Positions 26,514-34,766 of a stretch of DNA of 64,000 bases are shown in pieces. Below the pieces are notes generated by a model. It was given only the letters and a program-made list of their open reading frames with translations. It was not told where the DNA came from and did no database searches. How positions within the stretch are numbered: the first letter of the stretch is position 1; each line of letters begins with the position of its first letter. A program made the translations under genes and the position numbers. Source of the stretch: Bryobacteraceae bacterium (GTDB taxonomy: Bacteria; Acidobacteriota; Terriglobia; Bryobacterales; Bryobacteraceae); assembly GCA_036404395.1 (NCBI GenBank), contig DASWZP010000168.1, forward strand, positions 15,400 through 79,399, in the 5' to 3' direction.

Positions 26514-27761
26514 CTATAGCGTTTCCGATTCCAGCCGAAGCGCCGGCAGGATCGCCCCGCGGCATTCGCCGAAACCGATCCGCCGGAAGCCGGGCTGCTC
26601 GCACCATCCGCGCAGGATCACTTCGTCGCCATCCTCCAGGAACCGCCGCGTCTCACCGGTCGGCAGTTCGAGCGGTTCCCTGCCCCGCGATGTAATCTCT
26701 AGCAGACAGCCGCGGTTATGCTTGCCGGGCCCCGACACCGTTCCGCTGCCGATCAAGTCACCGGTGCGGATGGGGCATCCGTTGGAGGTGTGGTGTGAAA
26801 TCATTTGGCCAAGCGTCCAGTACATGGTGGAGAAATCGCTTTGGCTCACCAGCACGGGCTCTGACATGTTTGCCGAACGGAGCCAAACCTCCAGCGTGAT
26901 GCGATACGCCCCGCCGGGCGTGCGGAGGTGCGGCAGCGGTTGAGGGTCTTCAGCCGGCCGCTGCGGCACGGCGCAACGGAACGGCGCCAGCGCCTCGCGG
27001 GTTATCACCCAAGGTGAGATCGACGTCGCAAAGTTCTTGGCGAGGAACGGCCCGAGCGGCTGGTATTCCCACGTTTGGATGTCCCGCGCGGACCAATCGT
27101 TGAGCAGGCAAACTCCAAACAGATGCTCTTCGGCTTCCGCGATCGGGATCGGCTCAGCCATCGCGCTGCCGGGCCCGAGAAACGCGCCGACCTCCAGCTC
27201 GTAGTCGAGCGCCCCGCTCGGCCGATAGACCGGGGGCCCACCGGCAGTCTCCACGATTTGTCCACAGGGGCGGCGTACCTGGGTGCCGCTCACCACGATC
27301 GACGAGCTGCGCCCGTGATAAGCAATCGGCATCCACTTATAGTTTGGAAACAGCGGGTTATCCGGCCGGAAGATCCGGCCCACATTGGTCGCGTGGTCTA
27401 TGGACGCGTAGAAATCGGTGTAATCTCCGATCCGGCAGGGCAACAGCAACTCAACGCCGGACATCGGGATCAGGAACGTCTCGGAGCCTGGCGTGTACCT
27501 GGCGAGCAAATCGCTGATGCGTTGCCGCAACTGGACGCGGCGCTCGCGCGGCATCGCCATCACGGTTTCGATGGAGCCGATGCCGAAGGCTTCGGTGATA
27601 TCGAGAACCTGGTCTCCAATGGCGACTCCCAGACGGACCTGTTCGTCGCCGGTCCGCCGGAAGCTCGCATACGGCAGGTTCTGGATCGGAAACTCAGCCC
27701 CGGGTGCATTGGCCGATTCCACCCAACTCTTCAATCCCGATTCGTGAGTGCGATCGATCAT
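26514..27761 (-). CDS. fahA: fumarylacetoacetase
   Basis: FPIQNLPYASF, GVAIGDQVLD, the C-terminal FAH fold (GDLIGSGTVSG). The ATG at 27761 forms an ATGA overlap with the upstream gene. Confidence 0.85.
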   Translation of the reverse strand: MIDRTHESGLKSWVESANAPGAEFPIQNLPYASFRRTGDEQVRLGVAIGDQVLDITEAFGIGSIETVMAMPRERRVQLRQRISDLLARYTPGSETFLIPMSGVELLLPCRIGDYTDFYASIDHATNVGRIFRPDNPLFPNYKWMPIAYHGRSSSIVVSGTQVRRPCGQIVETAGGPPVYRPSGALDYELEVGAFLGPGSAMAEPIPIAEAEEHLFGVCLLNDWSARDIQTWEYQPLGPFLAKNFATSISPWVITREALAPFRCAVPQRPAEDPQPLPHLRTPGGAYRITLEVWLRSANMSEPVLVSQSDFSTMYWTLGQMISHHTSNGCPIRTGDLIGSGTVSGPGKHNRGCLLEITSRGREPLELPTGETRRFLEDGDEVILRGWCEQPGFRRIGFGECRGAILPALRLESETL

Positions 27762-28462
27762 TTCATCAGACCCAGCGCCCGCAGATCGTCGATCGGCTCC
27801 TCGAACGAGCACGAACCGAAGCTGTGCGCGAATTCGCGCCGAGCCTGCGCCACTTCCGCCGTGGAAGCCCGCCAGTCCCGCCACCGCAGGCCGTCGTTTC
27901 GAAAATCGAAAGCCTGGGGATCGGCCTCGTTCAGCAGATTCGTCAGCATGATCCGGTCCATGCCCAGCCACGCAAACGTCGCTCCGACGAAAACATTCAG
28001 GAAGCCGTGCATCGAGGTTCGAATCGGATGGTGGAGTCCCGCGGTAGCTTTAAACGGCAAACGGCGCGCCGCAGCGGCACAGAGGAATTCCGCCAGAGTC
28101 TCCGACGACGGAGTCGCGGTGCGAATCTTGGCATACCCGTCTTCGACCCGCTCCAGTGGCACTTCGCAGTATGTCGGCAACGAGAGCCGCCGGCCGGCCT
28201 TCGTTTCCAGCGTTTCCACCTTAGGCGGAAGAGGCCCGGGCTCTCCCTCGACCAACAGCGTTACGCGCCACTTCTCGCCCAACGACACTTCACTTAGTTT
28301 TTCCATCGGCAGCACCAACCGGTTCAGCATCCACGCTTCCGGCGAGTGGAGGTAACGCCGATAATTGGTTACCACCTCCGCTAACGGCAGCGACGCCGGC
28401 GGATACAGGCCGGCGTAGTCCACCGCGTTGGCGAGCAACGCCCGCAGGGATTCCGCCATCAT
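27758..28462 (-). CDS. conserved hypothetical protein (234 aa) embedded in the homogentisate operon
   Basis: ATGA overlaps at both ends (28459-28462 and 27758-27761). Motifs DYAGLYPP, FKATAGLHHP, HGFLNVF, FGSCSFEEPIDDL. I recognise no assigned function. Confidence 0.7.
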   Translation of the reverse strand: MMAESLRALLANAVDYAGLYPPASLPLAEVVTNYRRYLHSPEAWMLNRLVLPMEKLSEVSLGEKWRVTLLVEGEPGPLPPKVETLETKAGRRLSLPTYCEVPLERVEDGYAKIRTATPSSETLAEFLCAAAARRLPFKATAGLHHPIRTSMHGFLNVFVGATFAWLGMDRIMLTNLLNEADPQAFDFRNDGLRWRDWRASTAEVAQARREFAHSFGSCSFEEPIDDLRALGLMK

Positions 28463-30291
28463 GACGCCAGTGCCCCCGGATTCGCCACCGTGGAAAGATC
28501 GCCCAACCGCTCACCCAGGTACCGCTGGCGCAACAGGCGCCGCACGATCTTCCCGCTCTGCGTTTTGGGCAGCTCCGCGGTGACCACTACTTCGCGCGGC
28601 CGGAACGCCGGTCCCAATTCCTGGACCACGGTCGAGCAGACCAGCGCCGCATCCACCTTCGCACCCGCCTGCGGCACCACGTACCCCACGATCGCTTCGC
28701 CCTTCAATCCGTCGGGAACTCCGATCACCGCCGCTTCCGCCACGCCAGGGTGCCGCATGATGGCTTCCTCCACCTCCGCCGGTCCCACCTTCCTGCCCGC
28801 TATATTCATCGATTCATCCGCGCGGCCGTGCAGAAACCAGTGGCCGTCTTCATCCACGCTGGCCCAATCGCCGTGATACCACATGCCCGGGAAGCGCGAC
28901 CAGTACGTGTCGAGGTAGCGCTGGGGGTCGTTCCAGATGCCGCGCGTCATCGAAGGAGCGGGCGCGGTGCACACCAGGTAACCCATGCGACCGCGCACCG
29001 GAAGCCCATTCTCGTCCACCACCTCCGTCGCCATTCCGGGTGCAGGCGCTCCCAGGGTGCAAGGCTTGAGTTCCTGTGTCGGCAAAGGAAAAAGGAAGCT
29101 GCCGACAATCTCCGTGCCGCCGGAGATGTTGATGATGGGGCACCGTCCGCCACCGACCCGCTCGAAATAGCAGAGCCACGACTTCTCGTCCCATGGTTCG
29201 CCGGTCGAGCCCAGGATGCGCAGCGAGGGCATCGGCGGCAATTCCTCAGCGTCCTTGATCAGCATGCGGATCGCCGTCGGCGAGAGTCCAAAAGTGGTGA
29301 TCCGGTGGCGCCCGATCATCTCCCACAGACGCATCGGCGTAGGATAATCGGGCGCCCCGTCGTAGAGAAAAATCGTGCCGCCGAACAGGTGGTTTCCCAG
29401 GATGCTCCACGGCCCCATCATCCAGCCGATATCGGAAAGCCAGAAGAAGCGGTCGTCGGGCTGGTGGTCGAATGCCAGCCAGATCTCTTTGCCCATTTGC
29501 GCCAGACAGCCGGCGTGAGTGTGGACGACGCCTTTCGGTTTTCCGGTGGTGCCCGAGGTGTAGAGCATCAGCGCGCGATGCTCCGCATCGAGCGACGCCG
29601 TCGGGAAGGACGCCGGTTGTTCCGCCAGGAATTGGCGCCAGGCTGGGCTGCCGACGATGATTCTGTCGATCGCGCCCGGCATCTTCTCCGCTAGCGGCAG
29701 CCGTTTCCCTCGGCGCATCAAACAGTCGGTTGTGAACAGCAATCGCGCGCCGCTATCTTCGATGCGCGCGGCGATGGCCCCGGCCCCGAACCCGGCAAAG
29801 ATCGGCACCACCGTGATGCCGGCTTTCCAGCAGCCGTAGAGAATCGGCAGGATTTCGGGGACCATCGGCATGCACACGGCCACACGGTCGCCCGGCTCCA
29901 ATCCGCGCGCCACCAGTCCGTTTGCCACCCGGTTGGCTTCGTCGTGCAATTCACTGAACGCGATGCTCCGCGTCTCGCCGCTTTCGCCCTCCCAGATGCA
30001 CGCCAGGCGACCGGATTCCGCCCAGCGGTCCAGGCAATTGTGCGCGATATTGAGGCGGCCGCCGACGAACCATTGCGCCCATTCCGGCCCGCGGCTCGCG
30101 TCCATCACCTGGCGGTAAGGCTCGAACCACTCGACGCCCATTTCGCGCATCAGCTCATCCCAAAATCGTTCCGATTGGTCGCGTGAAAAGCCCAGGAACG
30201 CCTCGCGGTCGTGGAACCCCAGGCGCCGCATGAAGCGCCAGACATTGGTCCGCTCAATCCATTCCCGCGAGGGTTTCCAGACGGCGTTCAA
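28459..30291 (-). CDS. AMP-forming acyl-CoA synthetase (acetyl/acetoacetyl-CoA synthetase-like)
   Basis: AMP-binding signature YTSGTTGKPKGV, the GEPW, ISGGTE and GDW...DEDG motifs, and a C-terminal LPKTQSGKIVRR. Confidence 0.82.
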   Translation of the reverse strand: MNAVWKPSREWIERTNVWRFMRRLGFHDREAFLGFSRDQSERFWDELMREMGVEWFEPYRQVMDASRGPEWAQWFVGGRLNIAHNCLDRWAESGRLACIWEGESGETRSIAFSELHDEANRVANGLVARGLEPGDRVAVCMPMVPEILPILYGCWKAGITVVPIFAGFGAGAIAARIEDSGARLLFTTDCLMRRGKRLPLAEKMPGAIDRIIVGSPAWRQFLAEQPASFPTASLDAEHRALMLYTSGTTGKPKGVVHTHAGCLAQMGKEIWLAFDHQPDDRFFWLSDIGWMMGPWSILGNHLFGGTIFLYDGAPDYPTPMRLWEMIGRHRITTFGLSPTAIRMLIKDAEELPPMPSLRILGSTGEPWDEKSWLCYFERVGGGRCPIINISGGTEIVGSFLFPLPTQELKPCTLGAPAPGMATEVVDENGLPVRGRMGYLVCTAPAPSMTRGIWNDPQRYLDTYWSRFPGMWYHGDWASVDEDGHWFLHGRADESMNIAGRKVGPAEVEEAIMRHPGVAEAAVIGVPDGLKGEAIVGYVVPQAGAKVDAALVCSTVVQELGPAFRPREVVVTAELPKTQSGKIVRRLLRQRYLGERLGDLSTVANPGALAS

Positions 30292-30302
30292 TTGCTTTTC
30301 TC

Positions 30303-31496
30303 CTACGGGGTAACGCCGCCGGTCTTTGCCGGCGGTGTTCTTCCATCGGGCTTCAAGTCACCGCCGGCAAAGACCGGCGGCGTTACCGTTTCGAGCCAGG
30401 TGGACCAATACTCTTTCCACTCTACCTGTTCGCCGGCCGGCAGCACGTGGATCGGGTTCAACCCATCCAGCATCACGGCATATTCGTCAGTCCGGGTTTT
30501 CTTCCTCTGGTTGCGCAGAGCCTTGGGATGCGGTCCGTGGTGAATGCCGCGCGGGTGCAGAGTCGCCATGCCCGCCTTGATGCCGTCGCGGCTGAAGAAG
30601 TCGCCGTCATGGTAAAAGATGAACTCGTCGTAGTCGGTGTTGCGGTGGAAAAACGGAACGCGCATGGCATCCTCGTCCTGCTCGAGTGGCCGCGGCAGAA
30701 AGCTGCACACCACCGCACCCTCGGTGACAAAGGTGCTGTGTGCGCTCGGCGGAAGATGGGCGCGTGGGCTCATCACGGGCCGGATATCGCGCATGTTGAT
30801 CTTCCACACCGTGAGATCTCCCTTCCATCCAACCACGTCGAGCGGGTTGAAGGGGTACACCACTTTCGAAATCTCATCCTCCGCCTTGATGCGGATTTCC
30901 CACTCCCTTGCCGAAGGTGTGCCGTCGTCAAGATGAGGCTCCGGCTCCGGCGTCGTGACCACCGCCGGATCGTACAGCGCGTGCTGCCCGAGGAGCCCTT
31001 TTTCCGGAGGATTAAACTCCGTGCGCGACTGGATAATCAGGAAAAAATTGTCGGTGGTCTCCGGCGCCAACCGGTATGTCACCGCCCGCGGCATCACCAC
31101 GTAGTCGCCCTTTTCGAAACGCAGCGGGCCGAAGTCCGTTTCGATAATGCCTGCGCCGCGGTGCACGAAAATCAGCTCGTCGCCATCCGCGTTGCGGTAG
31201 TAGAACGGCATCGCCGCGGAGCGCCGCGACACGTATAACTGCACGTCCCTATTTCCCAGCACCGCCATCGGCATCCCTTCGCGATCGCGCAGATCCGACG
31301 GTTCCACCCGATTCAGATCGAAGCAGTGCGGCCGCAGCTTGCCTTCGAACCGGATCCAGCCCGTCGGCGGATGCGTGTGATAGAGGTGCGCGCTCTTACC
31401 GTAGAATCCCTTGCGGCCGTGCTCTTCCTCGTAGGTGCCTTCAGGCAGGCCCACGTGCGCCTGGCTGGCGAACTTGCCTTTCTTGAGTGGATACAT
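30303..31496 (-). CDS. hmgA: homogentisate 1,2-dioxygenase (the 3' end runs through an inverted-repeat element)
   Basis: Cupin-type HGD motifs (YVVMPRAVTYR, FHRNTDYDEFIFYHDGDF, LHPRGIHHGPHP). It lies between hppD and fahA. Confidence 0.82.
   Translation of the reverse strand: MYPLKKGKFASQAHVGLPEGTYEEEHGRKGFYGKSAHLYHTHPPTGWIRFEGKLRPHCFDLNRVEPSDLRDREGMPMAVLGNRDVQLYVSRRSAAMPFYYRNADGDELIFVHRGAGIIETDFGPLRFEKGDYVVMPRAVTYRLAPETTDNFFLIIQSRTEFNPPEKGLLGQHALYDPAVVTTPEPEPHLDDGTPSAREWEIRIKAEDEISKVVYPFNPLDVVGWKGDLTVWKINMRDIRPVMSPRAHLPPSAHSTFVTEGAVVCSFLPRPLEQDEDAMRVPFFHRNTDYDEFIFYHDGDFFSRDGIKAGMATLHPRGIHHGPHPKALRNQRKKTRTDEYAVMLDGLNPIHVLPAGEQVEWKEYWSTWLETVTPPVFAGGDLKPDGRTPPAKTGGVTP
30309..30337. repeat. family F3 hairpin, left arm of a perfect 29-bp inverted pair
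   Basis: GGTAACGCCGCCGGTCTTTGCCGGCGGTG. Its exact reverse complement is at 30359-30387. Confidence 0.9.
30359..30387. repeat. family F3 hairpin, right arm of a perfect 29-bp inverted pair
   Basis: CACCGCCGGCAAAGACCGGCGGCGTTACC. Confidence 0.9.
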
Positions 31497-31505
31497 AACG
31501 CCTCC

Positions 31506-32645
31506 TTACAGATTTCCGCGCAGCGCTTGTTCGCGTTCGATGGCTTCGAACAGCGCCTTGAAGTTCCCCTTACCGAAACTGCGGCTCCCCTTGCGCTGAA
31601 TCACTTCGAAAAACAACGTGGGCCGGTCCTCCACCGGACGAGTGAAGACCTGGAGCATGTAACCCTCGTCGTCCCGATCGACAAGGATGCCACATTCCTC
31701 GAGCGCCGCGGCGGGCTCATCGATGGGTCCCGTCCGCGCCAGCAGGTTTTGATAATACGTCGAGGGAACGCGCAGAAATTCCACGCCCTGGCGTTGCAGC
31801 TTCGAGACGGTTTCGATGATGTTGCCGGTTGCCAATGCAATGTGCTGCACGCCGGGTCCCCGGTAGAACTCCAGGTACTCCTCGATTTGCGATTTGCGTT
31901 TGCCCATGGCCGGCTCGTTGATAGGGAACTTGACCCGCTGGTTGCCGTTCGACATCACCTTCGACATCAGCGCCGAATATTCCGTGCTGATGTCCTTGTC
32001 ATCGAAGTGTTTGAATAACCGGAATCCCATCACGTCGCGATAGAAATCCACCCAGCGGTTCATCTCGCCCCAACCGACATTGCCGACGATGTGATCGATG
32101 TGCGTCAGTCCGCTGGGCCGTGCCACCAGGTCATCGCCTTCCACCTTCCGAAAACCGGGCAGAAATGCGCCGTTGTAGTTGGCCCTTTCGACAAACGTGT
32201 GAATGGTGTCGCCGTAGGTTGTGATCGCCGCCAGACGGACTTCGCCGTCCGCATCCCGCAGGGTTTCCGGCTCGCGCACGCTGCGCGCGCCGCGCCCGGT
32301 CGTCTCTCGCCAGGCTGCCTCTGCGTCGTCCACCCACAACGCGATGTCATGCACACCATCGCCATGCAACCGGATGGAATCGGAGATCGGATGGTCCGGG
32401 CCCAGCGGTGTTGTCAATACCAGGCAGATCCGCTTCTGCACCAGCACGTAAGATGCCCGGTCACGAGTGCCGGTCTCGGGTCCGCGGTAGGCAGCCAGCC
32501 GGAAGCCGAACGCCGAACGGTAATAGTGCGCCGACTGTCGCGCATTGCCGACATAGAATTCCACATGGTCGATGCCGTTGAGCGGAAGGAAATCCTTCCC
32601 GGCATCCCGGCTAGCGGACGGTGTCTGTTCCAGCGATGGCGGCAT
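31506..32645 (-). CDS. hppD: 4-hydroxyphenylpyruvate dioxygenase
   Basis: IDHVEFYVGNARQSAHYY, GVQHIALAT, C-terminal FEVIQRKG..FGKGNFKALFEAIEREQ. Confidence 0.9.
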   Translation of the reverse strand: MPPSLEQTPSASRDAGKDFLPLNGIDHVEFYVGNARQSAHYYRSAFGFRLAAYRGPETGTRDRASYVLVQKRICLVLTTPLGPDHPISDSIRLHGDGVHDIALWVDDAEAAWRETTGRGARSVREPETLRDADGEVRLAAITTYGDTIHTFVERANYNGAFLPGFRKVEGDDLVARPSGLTHIDHIVGNVGWGEMNRWVDFYRDVMGFRLFKHFDDKDISTEYSALMSKVMSNGNQRVKFPINEPAMGKRKSQIEEYLEFYRGPGVQHIALATGNIIETVSKLQRQGVEFLRVPSTYYQNLLARTGPIDEPAAALEECGILVDRDDEGYMLQVFTRPVEDRPTLFFEVIQRKGSRSFGKGNFKALFEAIEREQALRGNL

Positions 32646-33723
32646 AGCTTCTCCTGAAGGCTTCGATGCAAAGTAAGTTGTCCTCGTCGGTGCCGGTGGA
32701 AATGCGCAGGCAGTTGGGCAGGCCGAAAGCCTTCAGCGGCCGCACCACCACGCCTTGCGCCAGCAACTCCTCAAAAATGTGGCGGGCCTCCCGCTCGCCT
32801 GGCAGGGCGGTCATGACGAAGTTCGCCTGCGAAGGCACCACGGGAATACCGATTTCCTCGAGACCGGAAGTGAGATATGCGAGCCCCCGCGCATTCAGCT
32901 CGATAGAGCGATGCAAGAACTCGTCGTCCGACAGGGCGGCGATACCGGCGGCTTGCGCTGGCGTCGAAGGTTCGAACGGCAACTTGACCTTGAGCAGGTT
33001 GCGGATCAACTCCTCATGCGCGAACCCGTACCCGATCCGAACACCGGCCAGCCCGTAAACCTTCGAAAACGTGCGCAGCGTGATCACGTTGTCGTAACGG
33101 TAATGCAGGGAATCGGGGTACTGCGGGTTGTCCTTCGCGTATTCGAAGTAGGCTTCGTCGAGGATGATCAGCACGCGCTCCGGCACGTGCCGGTAGAAAT
33201 CGTCGAACTGTTGCCTGGTGAAAATCGTGCCCGTAGGGTTGTTCGGGTTGGCGAGATAAACGAGCTTGGTATGGGAATTGATCTGTCCGGCCAGCGCTGG
33301 CAGATCGTAGTGCCAGTCGCGGTAAGGCACGGTCCGGTATTTCACGCCGCGCGAGCGCGCCAGCACCTGGAAACCGATGAAGGCTGCTTCCGTGGTGAGC
33401 ACCTCGTCGTCATCGCACAGAAATGCGCGCACGATGTTGGACATGATGCCCTCCGAACCGCTGCCGGCGATCACATTTTCCAGTTTGAGCGAGAACCTGC
33501 GCGCCAGAGCCTCACGCAAATCGAGGCCCCCATTCGGATACAAGTGCAGCCCTGCGAGCGAGCGCCGGACGGCCTCGACCGCGCGCGGCGAGGCGCCCAG
33601 CGGATTCTCGTTGGAAGCCAGCTTGGCGACCCGGCTCAGCCCGTATTGCCTGCGAACCGATTCGGCCGTCCGCCCGGCTTCATAGGGCCAGAGGGCTTCA
33701 ATATAAGGAGGAACAAGTGGCAC
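32611..33723 (-). CDS. class II PLP aminotransferase (HisC-like), probably the aromatic / tyrosine aminotransferase of the operon
   Basis: LASNENPLG, YPNGG, NPNNPTG, TFSKVYGLAGVRIGY (PLP lysine). The pathway role is inferred from position. Confidence 0.78.
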   Translation of the reverse strand: MPLVPPYIEALWPYEAGRTAESVRRQYGLSRVAKLASNENPLGASPRAVEAVRRSLAGLHLYPNGGLDLREALARRFSLKLENVIAGSGSEGIMSNIVRAFLCDDDEVLTTEAAFIGFQVLARSRGVKYRTVPYRDWHYDLPALAGQINSHTKLVYLANPNNPTGTIFTRQQFDDFYRHVPERVLIILDEAYFEYAKDNPQYPDSLHYRYDNVITLRTFSKVYGLAGVRIGYGFAHEELIRNLLKVKLPFEPSTPAQAAGIAALSDDEFLHRSIELNARGLAYLTSGLEEIGIPVVPSQANFVMTALPGEREARHIFEELLAQGVVVRPLKAFGLPNCLRISTGTDEDNLLCIEAFRRSYAAIAGTDTVR

Positions 33724-33830
33724 CCTAGACGCATCCCTGGTACGCAGTGTACCATAGCACCTCCTAGAAGTGGTTGTATTCGCTAGCGGCGTTTGGTATA
33801 AACAAGACAGGAATGGATCGAGGGGAGGGG

Positions 33831-34766
33831 ATGATGTCTAAAGCCTCTGCAATCACTGAGGATTTGGAGCGCGGGCTGACCACCGGCCACGCCCCGTTCA
33901 TCGAGGAAGCCCGCTCGCGCGGTGAGCTTTACATCCGCCAGCCGTACGAGTTGTACTCGGCGGCCAACCACGAATCGTGGCGTGGTCTTTTTGAGCGCAT
34001 CCAGCCGCGCTGGGATCGCTACGCCAACCGTCACTTCCTGCAAGGAATCGAGACGCTGCAACTGCCTCCCGACCGCATTCCGCGGCTCGCCGACGTCAAT
34101 CGAGTACTCGAGCCACTGACCGGATTCCAGGCCAAAGCCGTGAGCGGCTACGTGCCGGGTCTGCTTTTTTTCGACTGCCTGCGGCGCCGCGAGTTTCCCA
34201 CCACCATCACGATTCGTTCCGCCAGCCAACAAGACTATTTGCCCGAGCCCGACATCTTCCACGACCTCGCCGGCCACGTGCCGATGCACACGGAGAAGGC
34301 TTTCGCCGACATTTTGGTGCGCTTCGGCGATTGCGCGCGGACCGCGGTCGAAATCTCGGCGGGCATCCGCGACGAGCGGGAACGCGCACGGCGCCTCACC
34401 AGCATCATCCGGGCTCTGTCGCGTTTCTTCTGGTTCACCATCGAATTCGGTTTGATGCGCGGCCCCAACGGGATCCGTGCATACGGCAGCGGACTTCTCA
34501 GTTCCTACGGCGAATTACAGCACGCCATCGAGTCGGACGAAGTGGGCCGCTTTCCCGTTCAGACCGAATGGGTGATCAACCAGGCCGCCGAGATCGACCA
34601 CTATCAACCGCTCTTGTTCATTGTCGATTCCTTCGAGCATCTCTTCGATCTGGTGGACCAGCTCGAGCGTTGGATGCGTGAGGGTAAACTGAACAACGTG
34701 GCGCCCGGGCTGCCCCAGATCGACGAACGGGACTTGCGCAGCTTTCTGGAAGCGGCGAGCCGATGA
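33831..34766 (+). CDS. phhA: phenylalanine 4-monooxygenase (biopterin-dependent aromatic amino-acid hydroxylase)
   Basis: PDIFHDLAGHVPM, FWFTIEFGL, YGSGLLSSYGE. The ATG at 33831 directly follows GAGGGGAGGGG. Confidence 0.85.
   Translation: MMSKASAITEDLERGLTTGHAPFIEEARSRGELYIRQPYELYSAANHESWRGLFERIQPRWDRYANRHFLQGIETLQLPPDRIPRLADVNRVLEPLTGFQAKAVSGYVPGLLFFDCLRRREFPTTITIRSASQQDYLPEPDIFHDLAGHVPMHTEKAFADILVRFGDCARTAVEISAGIRDERERARRLTSIIRALSRFFWFTIEFGLMRGPNGIRAYGSGLLSSYGELQHAIESDEVGRFPVQTEWVINQAAEIDHYQPLLFIVDSFEHLFDLVDQLERWMREGKLNNVAPGLPQIDERDLRSFLEAASR

Noticed and set aside
26415-27000. tRNA-Ser as an integration site for a genomic island.
   Set aside because: There is no integrase, no direct repeat of the tRNA 3' end, and no compositional shift. 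The flanking genes are core metabolism (GH42, fahA).
32611-32645. The 35-nt overlap between the aminotransferase 3' end and the hppD start as a sign of a frameshift or mis-called gene.
   Set aside because: Both proteins are full length with intact terminal motifs. The overlap may just mean hppD uses an unrecognised alternative start, so nothing anomalous is supported.
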